Program-made: the position numbers and the translations under genes
Shown: in pieces, positions 1 to 13,300 of the stretch
Layout: every line of letters starts with the position of its first letter
Numbering within the stretch: the first letter of the stretch is position 1
Notes under the pieces: model-generated
The model's input: only the letters and a program-made list of their open reading frames with translations
Databases searched by the model: none
Told to the model about the DNA's origin: nothing
Assembly (NCBI GenBank): GCA_051362555.1
Contig: CM120640.1
Location: 26,522,225-26,586,224 of the forward strand
Source: Lingula anatina
Taxonomy: Eukaryota > Animalia > Brachiopoda
Reading direction: 5' to 3'
Length of the DNA stretch: 64,000 nt

Positions 1-3000
1 TGAAGTTGTCAACACCTCCACTTGAAACAATGGATAACTTGAGAAAATAGAACAGTCTCGTTCAGTGTTTTGGATTTCTTGAGGGCAAATATGTACTGGG
101 TTTTATGTCTCAGTGGGGAATAGCAGTGGAATTTTAAAGGTTAGGTGTAGGTGGATGTGAACCCAAGTCAGTCCCTCACAAAGTGTTATTTTCCAGCATC
201 CCCCAAGCTGCTGATAAAAGTCTACAAATGCTGTTTGTTGAGGTGCACAACTTCTTCTTTGAAATTATTAATTGATGAAAAAAAGGACCTACACTAAGCA
301 CTTCAAAAATTAAACCCTCTAAATATAACTGATAGATCTTATTTTTTGCAAGGTTCATTTTTTGACAAATATTGGAAGTGGAAATGAATGCCTCTTTCCC
401 CTACTCCAAAGAAAGAGAAAATACTTCAGTAAATTTCTGCAAAATGAGTCATGGGTTTTGATAAAAGACATTTTCTTATATTAAACTTACAAACACATCA
501 TTTATTTTGCTTTAATTAGAAATGATCAAATTTGATTCAAGTGACTTAAGATATGCGGCAGGGTATCATAGGGATTTTGACTATGAGACGGTTGTACTAA
601 GTGTAGATTTCAGCAAGATAAAAGTTATCTGCCTATTCCAACTTCCCCATATTATGCAAGCATGCATCAATGGACGGCGCCAGGATACAGAAAAAGTAAG
701 ATAAGAAGAAATGGAACCAACTTTGAAATCAGTGAATTACACAAAGTAATATAAAAATAGATTGAAATGGAATAAAATCCAAGAACTTTTCTTTTGTGGA
801 TAATCTGTTTAACCATGGCATTTGCATCACTAGTGACCGTTTAAGTTACCATGTCCATGCAGATCCACCTTTGCCAATGTTGCCGCTGGTTAGTTACTTC
901 TCTGATAGAAGAAAATTTATCATTAAATATCATCTTGGATTGGAGGGTGTATTTCAAAAAGTGTTTCTTTAATTAAATTTTGTTAAAGCTTTTGTTGAAT
1001 GTTGTTATTTATTTGTCTTGGGTCTCCATTGATTTTGCCACAAAAATTTACAGTTTTCGTTTAAAATTACAAGCATGCCTTTTTAGCTTAAATAAGTACA
1101 GTAAATCCAGCACATTTTTAGGATGTGATCATGATTTTATAACCTTTGTTATCCAAAGGATCACTTTGTCTAGTAAATGGAAACTCAGTGATCAAAAGTT
1201 TAAGTTTCTTTGTAAAACAAGCTCCTGTAGTGTAAGGATTGGTTTACTAAAAGAAGGTGCTTAGTGTAATGTTTAAAAATACCAGTGTCACTGCTCCTTG
1301 AAAGAAATACTTTGATAAATGTTGTATTTTTTTTCTCTATACATCAATATCTCTATTAATTATAAAGTGTCTGACATGTTTAGTTGTTCAAAGGGTAATT
1401 GAACACTTGTAACATCTTAAGCATTCTTGAGAGGGTTACATGTAACACTTACAACTGAGACTTACATCATGCTGTTGTTAAATTCTTTTTTTTTTTTTTT
1501 GCTTTTTTGTGTACAAAAGGCTTAAAACTAACATTAAGAAATCAAACATTATAAGGTGTATGAGCTTTGTGTATCATATTAAGCTTAAGAATAGACAAAG
1601 TTTGGTTTAATTATGTGGTACCTGCTTTACACTAGTAATTGACCATCAGATTAAGCTTCAACAACCTCCTGATATGGATGTTTCATCTTTTGTACAAATG
1701 TAAGTGATCTATTCTTGAGAATAAGAATACTGTTTACTGATAAGATGTTGCTTTTCTTTGAATGAAGTTATTTAGTTACCCTCATTAAGCGAATTTGATC
1801 CGATGCCTGCAGTAATGATGTAACTAGACCTTGCTCAGAAAAATAGGATATATATTTTCTTACCACATCTTGTATGAGTTTGCTAAGTCAGACATTCGGG
1901 CTTAGATTTCAGTTTACATTTTTTATTTCCACACCATGAACCATGTAAAGCTGTTACAGTTTAGCTGTCATAGGATCCCATGGACTTCAGGATGTAAAGA
2001 GCAAACTGTATTTTAATATGAAACTAAATCTAACTGGTTTGCTTAAAGATGGATGAACAATGTTTTACAGGTTGGACAGTCAAGAAGAAAAGGATTGTTT
2101 AAACTGTTGCAAAAAAAAAAAGATGTTTCACCTTAAGAGAAGAAAGATAATTACCCAAGTAGCTTACAGTAAATTAGCTCCATTAACAAGTAGTATATTT
2201 TGAGAATTATCAACTTATTGAGTAAATTACACCAACCACATAAAAGGTCATAGTGTTTCAGAACCTCACTTACATGGCTGCAAATGCCATCATGTTCCAT
2301 TATTTTCCATCTTGGCTTCTAATTTTCATGCAGTATTATAATGAAATTAGAAAGAGGATATCAACTCTAAACAAGGGTATATTTTTTCTTAACATTTCCT
2401 ACCACAAAAATACATTACTCCAAATTTCTACAAAAATGCATGAATACATTAATTAATACTGTGCTGCATGTATGTATACCATTCCTATGTCATTTGCAAA
2501 GCCATATGCAATCAGACAAGGAACATTCTAGACTGACAATGAGCCTGAATGTCATCAGCCAAACAGATTGCCATACAGTCTCTGTAATGTGGTTGTCTTA
2601 TGATGCATTTTGGAGTGATTTCCATTCTAAAACAGTCCATGCCTGATTACACCTATTTCACTTCATAGTTTTTTGTATTACATTTGTATAAGGTTTTATT
2701 TTTATAGAATACGCTATGATGAAGAATATAATGTATAAGATTGGGATCACCTTCAGTTTATAGATACTTAAAAATTAAGATAGGTCTATTCTTACATACT
2801 TTCTTCTTAACAAGGGCATTAATTCAGTTTTAACTAGAAAATGTTCATTTACTTTTACATATCTCTGGCACATACTTGCAAATCTCATCAGAGTACATGC
2901 CAGTTGTATTAGATAAAATTCTATTTGCCCAGACTGACATCCATATTTGATAATTGGCTGATCATCCATAGTTGAGGACCATGGGATCCTTGTCTCCTTT

Positions 3001-4223
3001 CATAATCAATAAATGATTTGCTTTGTATAAGTGGTAGATGTTTGTGTTCTGATGACCCTGTAACTTATTGGAAATGTCCTTCTTATACCCTTGTTCAGTG
3101 GATTTTATTGCAATGATTTTTGTAGTTTTATAAACTCTTACACCAGCTTGCCAACACCTGGTGTCCAGAAATGAACACAGAGGATATGACATGTGGTTAA
3201 AAAAAAAACTAAATTGATTGTTGTATTTTGTTCACAAAAGCATGTAAAGATTAATTTATTGAAAAGCAATCAGTAATTTTTATCTTTATTTGTGAACTGT
3301 TGCTATGCTGGATAAAAAACATCTGAACTTAAAAACCCAAACCTGTTTAGAGGTTAGAAAAGTGCACCTAAGGACAGGCATTCTGGCCATTGGATTTCTG
3401 ATTGACATCGCTGCAGTCTCTTTGAATGACAAATGGTTTTTGTTGTAGTCCTGTGTTGTTCAAACTTCCGACCTAAAACAGCAACTTTTATAAATCAATT
3501 AGCCTCATGCTCAGGTGAATTACAAGTTTATTATGAAGCTTTCTTGATAAAACAGGCTTTAAGTATGATTTGTTAGACCATTGAAACATCTTTGAAAGCC
3601 CTGACCAATAAACTGCGCTGGTGTCAAGCAACATTGTACCTGTGTAAAATAAATATAGTGTGGCAAGGGGACAAAATATCCCATGGAGTTATTAATTTCC
3701 TGCTAATGGCATAGCCAGGGGGTATGGCAGATAATGAAGTGCAGCCTTATAGGTAGAGGTTATGCCTAGGTGATGTTTGTTTAAAGAATGTTACCGTTGA
3801 CTCGTGTGCGAGCACCCTCGTAGCTGGAGGTATAAACTTGTAAGAGAATCTGCATGACAATTGATATCTGGATTCAGGAGGGAACTCACATGAGTTCTGC
3901 TCAGTTAGCTCTTGGTCAGGTACTGAACAGGGCCTTTTAGTCTCGGACAGCATAGATGGCAGTCATGAAAAAAAAATCGATTTTGGGGACTCTGCTGACT
4001 TTGGCTCTTCTGGTAAGGAGCAAAATTTTGATCATTAGCCATACATTTGTTAAAATTGATTTGTTCTTTTTTCAGTTTCTTATATTTATCTGCAAAAATA
4101 ATCAGGATTTTAAAACTTGGTGCTTATATCAAAACAAGAAGTAGGCAATTTGTTTAACTGTTAGGAAACAACAACAAATTTCAGTGCATGGTGATATGCG
4201 AAATTTCTGTATCAATTTACTTC

Positions 4224-4326
4224 ACTCTCTTTTTCTCTCTCTCTTTCTCTCTCCCTGTCTCTGTCTCTCTCTCCGTCTCTGTCTCTCTCACTCTCTCTCT
4301 CTCTCTCTCTAAACTCTCTCTCTCTA
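4224..4326. repeat. Imperfect (CT)n microsatellite
   Basis: About 100 bp of CT-dominated dinucleotide repeat with interruptions. Confidence 0.9.
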
Positions 4327-6345
4327 AAAAGAAACACGGAAGGCATGGCAGGGACATACATTTATCCTGTGCACTATAATCACCATTTTTTTTCTCCTGA
4401 AGGCAAAACTGACAAAGTAGTGGGTTGTTTTTATTTTTAATTCAAAGAACATAGCCTTATGTTTTCTTGTGCAGCTTAAGTTTCGCATAGTATGGTGCAA
4501 GCTTGAGTTTACGTGTGCCATAGATGTAGTACAGGTTGAGTGGTGGATTTACGTAGACTGTCTGGGTAAACAGGACGGGTTTGTTGGACACATTGTGTGC
4601 AGGCAGGTAATAGGAGGGCAGGTACAAAAAGTAACATTAGTCACTTAATGGACTGCTTTGATGTGTTTACTTTCTTCAGTACCACACTAAGGGTGGTCTA
4701 GGTTACTCTTTATTATTTTGCAATGTAGCAAGACTGGCCGGAAATACGGCAGTAGCACCTCCAACTCTATTGAACAGAAAGTAGCCATTACATCTAGTTA
4801 TACGTTTTACCAACTATTATGTAGAGATTTGCTGTGGGGGTTAATTAGATATTAGCTGGACATGTTTTGAAGGAAACAAAGTCATAAATGTTAATGAAAA
4901 TGAATAATTGATGAAAGTATGTCAGTGCTCCTTTGATCAATCTTTTAAAAAGAAAAGTATTAGTATTTAATGTCTTATATTGTGTTGCGTGTAGGAAGAC
5001 GATAAAAACTTTGACAAATATCTTCCTTCATTTTATTAGCACATGAAGTTGTAAACTGCTCCGTCACTTAGTGGCTGTGAGGATAATAGAAGTGTTACAA
5101 AGAACAACTTCAAAGGGTCCATGTATAATGTTTTTTTTTAAACATTAAAAGTTCAAAGAAAGCACTAAAGGTATTTCAGATGTTGATTAATTGAATGAAA
5201 TAATTAAAAGTTACTTTCAGTTCTACAGGTATGTGTTCCTGATCCTAAGTGATGAAAAATTAAATGAAAAAGGTCAAAGTAGTTCACTAGAAGCAGAATT
5301 AATCCTTTATTTCCCTTCCTAGTTTTATTGTTCTGGGGGCTGTGGTAGTTTATTGTTGTTACACCTGAAAAAAGATTGGCCATCTGCTTTAGACTGTGGC
5401 AACTTTGTGCCATATGGAATAAAAGTCCTTGGATGGTGATGATCAAAGGATGTATCACGTTCAGGATGTCACTTTGTACGACCTAAGTTAAGTACCAGCT
5501 TAGCCAAATCATCTGCAGTGCCTGTGTGAGCAGGGATGTGTAGAATATGAATAGTGGCTTATCAAGCTATTCCACTTCCATCCTGCCTCGGTTAGGATAT
5601 AACCAATTAATAACCACACTGTTTTGACACGGCTGTTATCAATCCTCTAAGTCATTCTGAAGGGCACCTGGGGAAGGTTGCAAAACTCAAAAAGTATCTT
5701 TAAGTGGTCCTAAGCCTGATTTTGTTGACAAACTGGAGTAATAAGCATAGCATGGGGTGGCTGGCTACAGCTAACCCCTCAGTATTGAAAAATACATTCA
5801 AATTCAAATTCATAAATCAATAATGTATAGAATCTTTCAACTGTCATGAGAAATAAAATATTCATTTGATGCCTGAGGTTATCTGCAGTGAATAGAGAGA
5901 AAAGTGTTTTATAAGCTTTGACATTAACAAGAGCTTGATGGCACTGTAAGGGGGCCTTGTCTGATAAACCATGTCCAATTTGTCAGGATATTAGGTTCAG
6001 TTGCCAAACTGATGAGACAAGCACCATTATGAAAGCTGAACTTGAAAATTGATTTTTATACGCTAATGATATAATTGAATTTAATAGTGGTTGTTTAAAT
6101 TGGCCCAGTAATTTAACAAAATAATCCTGTAAAAACCCCTGAGGTGTGTTTACATCAAACTTTCTTTTGATATCTTTTGCTATCAAATTTTTCATCTGAA
6201 GGGGTTTATTGGTTGAGAACTTGTGACATCTGTAAATTTATTTAAATTTAGACAGTAAGTTTGTGTGTTTGTTAAAAATAAATAACCAAGTAATCAGGAA
6301 AAAGACAAGTCCTCTTTATCTCATTGTAATGATTTTTACTTGCAG

Positions 6346-7275
6346 AAAGTAGGTTGTGACGGTCTTCTTGGCTCAGAGAAACAGAATGACAAGTGTGGTG
6401 TGTGTGGTGGAGATGGTTCTACCTGTCGTGTGGTCTCAGGCATCTTTGCAAGGCAGCAACTTGGGTATGGCTATAACAACATCACTGCAATTCCAAAGGG
6501 AGCCTGCAACATCAACATAACTGAGCTGAGACAGAGCAAGAACTACTTAGGTAGGTAGGGTATTATGTAACCTGTGAAACAAAACTAAGAAGACTTGAAA
6601 ACTTTTGATTTGAAATTCTTATTAAACTTCTTCTAATTTTCTTTTTAAAGGTTGACATTAAAATGTCTCATTTCAAAGCAAATGCATTTATGGACACCAC
6701 TTTACCTGGGCTACTGATTCTTTACAATTTCTTTCAGTTTTTTAAAAGATGAAAATGTCTTTACAGTTTGATTAACCAGAATTATCAAAATGAAAAATTT
6801 GTTCATGGAGATAATAACTTTTTCAGTTTCCATAATAATTAATCACCGGAAATGTAACTTTCTTCAAAATGTTTATGTATCATATCTATATTTGTTTATG
6901 TAAGATATGGATGCAGACAGGGCAGCCATGCAATAAACTGCCACTTGACAGCCGTTTCATCATATCTGCTCCAACTTATATAAGTTGAATTGAAACTTCT
7001 AATTATAGATGTCATTAGACCTCTTAGACTTTACACAGGCTAATCATTAATCCACTAGTAAACATTGACATTCATCATTGGTCTTTAAAGATAAGCACTC
7101 TCTTCAAGTGATGACTGATTAATGAGCAATTAACTAACTGATTAGACCCCCGTTTGGCAGCTCTTGTGGTAGGTGTGCACAGGGTACTAATTAACTGGCC
7201 TCTCGGCACCTTTGCATGTTTTTATACATAGTCTAGAAGCCACTGATATATATTTTTTTCTTTTCCTTTTTGCAT

Positions 7276-7343
<68 letters not shown>

Positions 7344-10300
7344 TTTGTTGTCATTTTTAAGATTAATTCTATCATCATATCTATCATATCTATCTATCAT
7401 AAACTTTTGTTTTTGATGGCGTCTTCTTGTATCAATAATCATAGTCATTGTATAACTTTTGGCTGAACATTTCTTTTATTTTTTATTTATTTTAAAGAGT
7501 TATATCTATAGTTAAGGGCCTGTTCACAATGAATTCATCAACCTAGCTACTGTACGCTAACTCCACAGGGATTGTTGCTAAATACAATCAGATTAACAGA
7601 CTGACACACTTCCTGTATTTCCAATGTACTTACATGATCACCAGCTTTTCTGTTGTCTCCTCAATGCTAGGAGGAGGCGTGTTTAACAATTACTCCGATT
7701 GCATTCAACAAGAGTCCTCTTGGAGTTAGTCACAGTAGCTAGGTCGTTATATTTATTGTGAACGAGCCCTATGTTTCTTTTCACCTCTCCCTTTTATCTT
7801 AAGAAGGATATTCAAAGAAACAGCTTGAAGTGTTATGTCAGCAGAAATAGAACATCTTGTTTCCTGAAGACAAATACTCTTCATGCCAGTTTGCAAAAAA
7901 AAACAACATTTTTGAACCTGTGACAAGATTTCTCAGGACATGCTTGATAACCATCTATTGCTGTTACATTATGTTGTGTGAAGTTCCTAAGAACACTGCT
8001 TGTACTAGGAACACATTATAACCAAAAACCATATGTCAGTTAAAGGAAACATGTTGTAGTGGCAAGAAATAACTAAATTGATTCCTGCCTTTTTGATGTA
8101 CTGTGCCTTCCTGGGAGGTTCTTCAAACTATAAACATGTAACATAGGTAAGGTTAAAAGTATGAAAATATTTATATTAGTCACATTTGTTTCACCGTTTG
8201 CTTGTTGTGACATCTGTAATAGAATTAGATTTAAACCTTATAAGGAGGAATTATTCCTGAAAAAACAAAATACAAAAATTATCTTTTGTTTTGCATTCAT
8301 TGTTGCCTCTTAATTAATACAAACTTGTTCAGGGATTAGGTAACTGAATTCAATTGGTTTATACAAAGTTCAGGGTTTTGTTTGCTTTAGTAAATATCTT
8401 ATGTCACAATTCACCCAAATTTGGTGACCTGATATATTTTGTTTTTTCAAAGGGTGAAAAAGGACTCTCAGATGGGGGGTTTATTCACTTTACCTCATTA
8501 ACACAATTTCAGTATTTAACCTGTTTGATAAGGATAAGGGAAAGAATGGTGAAATAAAGACTGTTTAGAATTTAAAGTATCTGCATTGAGGAGAGTGTTG
8601 TTTACTTAACACCAAAGGTTTTCCTGTGATTCAGACATCTGTTTGTTTATTCTCTTTTTCCAATTTAACCACTTCCTCAAGTCTTCTCATTGGAATCTGA
8701 ACACATGGAGGTGGTTTCATATTTTTAGAGCTGACCAATATGTACCATTTATAGTAACATGTATTGTAAAGAAAAAGCAGCAGACTTTTGGGTTTTTTAA
8801 TATAAATTCTGACAAGCTCCCCCCCCCCCCAAAAAAAAAAAAAAAAGAAAAGTAAAAAGACATTTATTCATCCACTCAGTAGGTTTTCCAATCTCCAAAC
8901 CATACTTTTGATAATAGAAGATTAAAGTTAAAATATACAAGTTGAATAAAAAAAACACTTTGTATGAACTGTACGTTTGCTTGCATTTTGGTCTAATTTT
9001 GATCTGTGTATTTGGGGATAAAGTAGTTGCCATGAATAAAGAAGACATCAGAATGATGTTGGTCATACAATTTTATGCTTAATTAACTACTAGGCTCCAC
9101 ACTTCTCTTTACATGATTACACACTGTGTAAATGTTAAACATCAGTTCAGGTGATTAAGTAATCCAGCACCACTGAGTTTAATAGGTTATTTTCTTCTCT
9201 GTCTTACTTTAATAAACCCATCACAAAGGCGAATAACTAAAATTTTGATTATGAAGTGTTTAAATCACTGCATAATGCTTGTTTTGTGGAGAAAGTGATA
9301 GGCTGTTCTAATGAACTGTTCCACAGACATATAGACATAATTTTTGACAAGAGGAAAGTTTTGCAAGTAATATTGTGGATACGGCTGCATGTTAAGAGAG
9401 GAAAGAAAAGAGAAAAATGACAGGCAGACAGAAGGACAGACAGGCAGATAGTAGGACAAATGTGATTTAGAACCATGCCGGTGAATGGCAGAGTTTTTAT
9501 TGATGATGGCATTCCAAAGCTTAAATTTTTTTCTTGTTTGTTGGCTGCTACAATTCCATAAGTATCAAATATGCCTATCATCAAATTACCAAAATAATGT
9601 AACCTGCAAATCCTTATTTTCTAAAATTATTCTTCAGTAAGCGGGACTGGGTCCAAGAAAAAGAGATGGTTTTGAGCTGGTTATACCTACCTGGATATAT
9701 CTAAATACTATATGACTTACCTGATATCAGAAGTATGGATTGTTGTTATTGCATAAGCTAATTGAGGGGGCTTGTTATGTGTATAGAAATGAAAACACTC
9801 ATTACTGCAACCGAATTAAAAGAAAACATTTCAATATTTATAGAAGTGTAATTTACTTTGAGGTTAGTCTGGGGTTAGTAGACTGTCCACTCCAGTACTT
9901 GAACTTGACCCATGTAATAATAACAGAGACTACTCAGTGAGGGGGTCTAGCCCCAGGGATGGTGGTGTTAGGACACCCCGAGTGTGAGGGCCTGATTGAC
10001 AAGGTGAGGAATATTTCAGACACCATTGTTGCACACCTACAACCTGTGTATGGGCCGAAATTGAGACCAACAAAGCTGTTGTATTTGTAAAACCAAACAC
10101 TGGTGCAGGGTTACTGTTGACATTTGAAGTATGTCTGTCATGCTTTTAAAAGGCCTAATATAATTTTATTCCTCATTAGATTTTTAAAATAAACTTGTTA
10201 TTACCACCTGTGTTGCTGGTCAGATATGAACTGGAGTTCTGTGACTAATCTCCTTCATTCCTGTATTGATCACTATGAATATCAAGAAGTATTTAAATCT

Positions 10301-13300
10301 CTAAATAGACTAAAAGATTACAGCATCTCTTATATAATTATGTAATAGATATCTTTTGAATAGATTCACTGTATATTGGAAAAAGGGATTTAGTATCTTT
10401 TCTGCTCTAAAGAATTATCATGGCGACTGATTTCCAGTGGTTTTGAGGTTCAACAAACCATCTACATGTTCCATTTGGCAACATAAATCTTGCTTAATGA
10501 ATACTGTAAAAGATATGCAAAAACGTGGTGCCAGTTAATTTGGCTATCTATAACTCTATATGTACAGTGCACTTAGTTTAATGTGGTCTTTATGGTCTGT
10601 CTATTTCCATCTGAGCTTCTTAATTTTGGTGGCTGGATTTTGAAGTCTTATACCTTTTTTTCAATCTTCATTTCTTTTTTAAGAAGGAATTTGCAGTATT
10701 TTAATCCTTAAGACTTAGGCGAGGACACATTCTGAATTTATTTGAGCAAATACTTTTCCATCTTGTGTTACATCAGCTGTCACGTAATGTTAAGAGTTGT
10801 AATAGGTGTAGGATGACATTTCAATTGTAGATGCCTGTGGTGACAAGACTGCAGGATTACTGTTCTTAGGGCCTTTTTTTATGAGATTAAGCACAGGGTT
10901 GGTCACATTGATCTCTTTTAAGTATCTGACTTCGGTGAAAGGATTACAGTTTGGGTGGAAGCTTTGAGGCAGGCTCGGCACGTACTTGTATTTGAATTGT
11001 TGTTTGTCAGATTGCTCTTTCATAGCTATTTGCAATTGATTCAGGCTGAGGATTTTGAGGAAATGAATTCTTTGTTATTTTTTGTTATTTTGTATATCAC
11101 AGCTGTCATAGACTGTAGTGATAAACCTCATCAAAAGCTGAGAAAAAATACTGACCATCAGTATCAAAGTAAGTAAAGGATGGGATTTCCACAGTCTTGT
11201 AGTGGTACCGAGAAATTTTAGGGGAGAAAATTTGCTTTAGCTAATAGTACATGGCTGTTGTATTACTGAAAGAGGTTAAAATCCTTTGTTTCATCCTTGC
11301 TTATATCATGTTCCTTTTTGTCTTGCAGCATTAAGAACAAGGAGTGGTAAATCGGTGGTTAATGGAAACTGGGCAATCGATTGGAGTGGAGATAAAAAAG
11401 CTGCGGGTACAACTTTCAAGTACAAAAGGGGACCTCGGAGTCACCATAACACACCAGGGGAGCAACTATTGGCCGATGGACCAATTAATGAGACACTGGA
11501 CTTGTTTGTAAGTATGCACAGTGGAATATTGTGATAATGATGTGTGTGGAGTAGTCTGCATCGGAGACGGAGATTGAACCACCCTGGTATTTTATCAGAT
11601 TTACATTAATTGACATGAGATTACCCAGCTGTCAGTGTCAACCCTGGGTGTCAACTTGGTGTGTTCTGTCAACAGTGTCATTTTGATTGGAAAGTGGTTT
11701 ATTTAAATTAAAACTACAAGAGGACCTATTGGAAGGTAGCATTAGCTCAACATTTGTTCCAACTGATGAAATGTAAGATCAGGTTAGAAATCTTGTTGAT
11801 TGACATAAGCACCCTTGCAGTGTGATTGATTTTAGCCTCTCATAAGACATTGTGTTGACTTTCATTTGTTTTTTTTTCATGTAGACATCATAAAAGGAGA
11901 CTTCAAAACATGAGGGTCAAGTTGTTTGACCAGTAAATTATCAATAATGCTCTTCACAGGCTTAGCTACTTGCAAAAAATTGCATAAAGCAGTTGTATCT
12001 GTTTGATTTATTGCCCCGCTGGCAAGTAAAAGAAAGAAATAAAAACAGCTGTATATATTTATAAGGTTCAGGGGCATGTTTTGTGATTTTTTCTTCATTC
12101 AAAATGTACAATTTTCTCTTCTATGTTAATTATTGAGTAATAGGTTCATGGTTTTACAAAGATTTCTATATGCTTCCATTCTTCTAAATGTTCTTTCATA
12201 GCTCAGTTTTTTAAAGCCTCATATCCCTCAAGTGCCGTAATTGTAAGTACGCATGGTAAAACACATTGGTGAGGTTGTTAGGGGCCAACACAATTATATG
12301 GTACACCACCAAATTTTGGAAATATGAAGAGCCATTAGCTTATTGCAGTTGAGTGTGTGGGTTCACTGAGAAGCTTGTCAAGAAAGACATCAAAGCAAAA
12401 TGTGTTACTTCATTTTGGCAGCAATGGAGTCATCAAGATTTGTCATAGCTCAAATGGAATATGATGCCAAAGCGGTGCCAAAAATTCACAACATTTTTGT
12501 TTAGAATTGATTGCAAGAAGGGTTAATGTTCTTGTTAACTGCTCACTGCTGTGGACTGAAGATTGTATTAACATCTGCCAGTTGTGAATGTTAGCAACTG
12601 TGGGCTGTTCAAAAATTTGAATTTTTACAGATTTGTTTTGATAGTATTTTGTCTTTGATGTTGACAAAGTGGCCTTTGGCTGTAGTAATTCTCATGATGA
12701 ATGTATTAGTGTATTATACTATGGTACAAAATAGGAAATTTTCCAAGATTTGCACAATTAAGTAGATGAAAAAAGTTTAAAAGCCTTTTTTGTACTCAGT
12801 TATTTTTCCTTGCAATAAACTAGAATTTGGACCATTGGAGATATGTGTCATATAGTAATTTGGATTGTAAGTAATTATATAGAATATATATTTATGTAAT
12901 TATGGAAGCACTCTCTAATGGGATTTACAAATTTAATACATCTGTACCTGTAGACTGTAGTGAAATGGGACCATTCTGCAAATGTGTCTATAAACTATAT
13001 TTAGTGAATTACTAAAGAGAACATAGAAGACATTTTGTTTTTATGGTAGAAATAGCTCATTATTTTGATATTTTACAGACAATTTTATTATTTGAATAGA
13101 TAACAAGAATTAAGTTAGCCAATGGCAAAGTACATGACAGGATTACTGAATACCGCATGTCCCCACCTGCTGTAGGTCCCCTATCAATCATTGGCATCTT
13201 TAGCAAATTAATGGCCATGTCTTCAGTGGAGAAAATGAGCTGATAGTTTAGTTATGCATTTATTTATTGGCAAACACTGCCATGATTAGATGTGCAATGA

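Noticed and set aside
5440-5700. Possible SINE core remnant (also a tRNA-head-like stretch at ~23735-23850)
   Set aside because: Too degenerate to identify A/B boxes or boundaries by eye; needs RepeatMasker.
1-6345. Short ORFs in the first 6 kb
   Set aside because: No recognisable motifs or consistent splice phases. Best read as intron of the THSD4-like gene, whose earlier exons lie outside the window.
7212-7466. ORFs with IYIYIY or HTHTHT runs (also 16050-16399, 4188-4379)
   Set aside because: These are translations of microsatellites.
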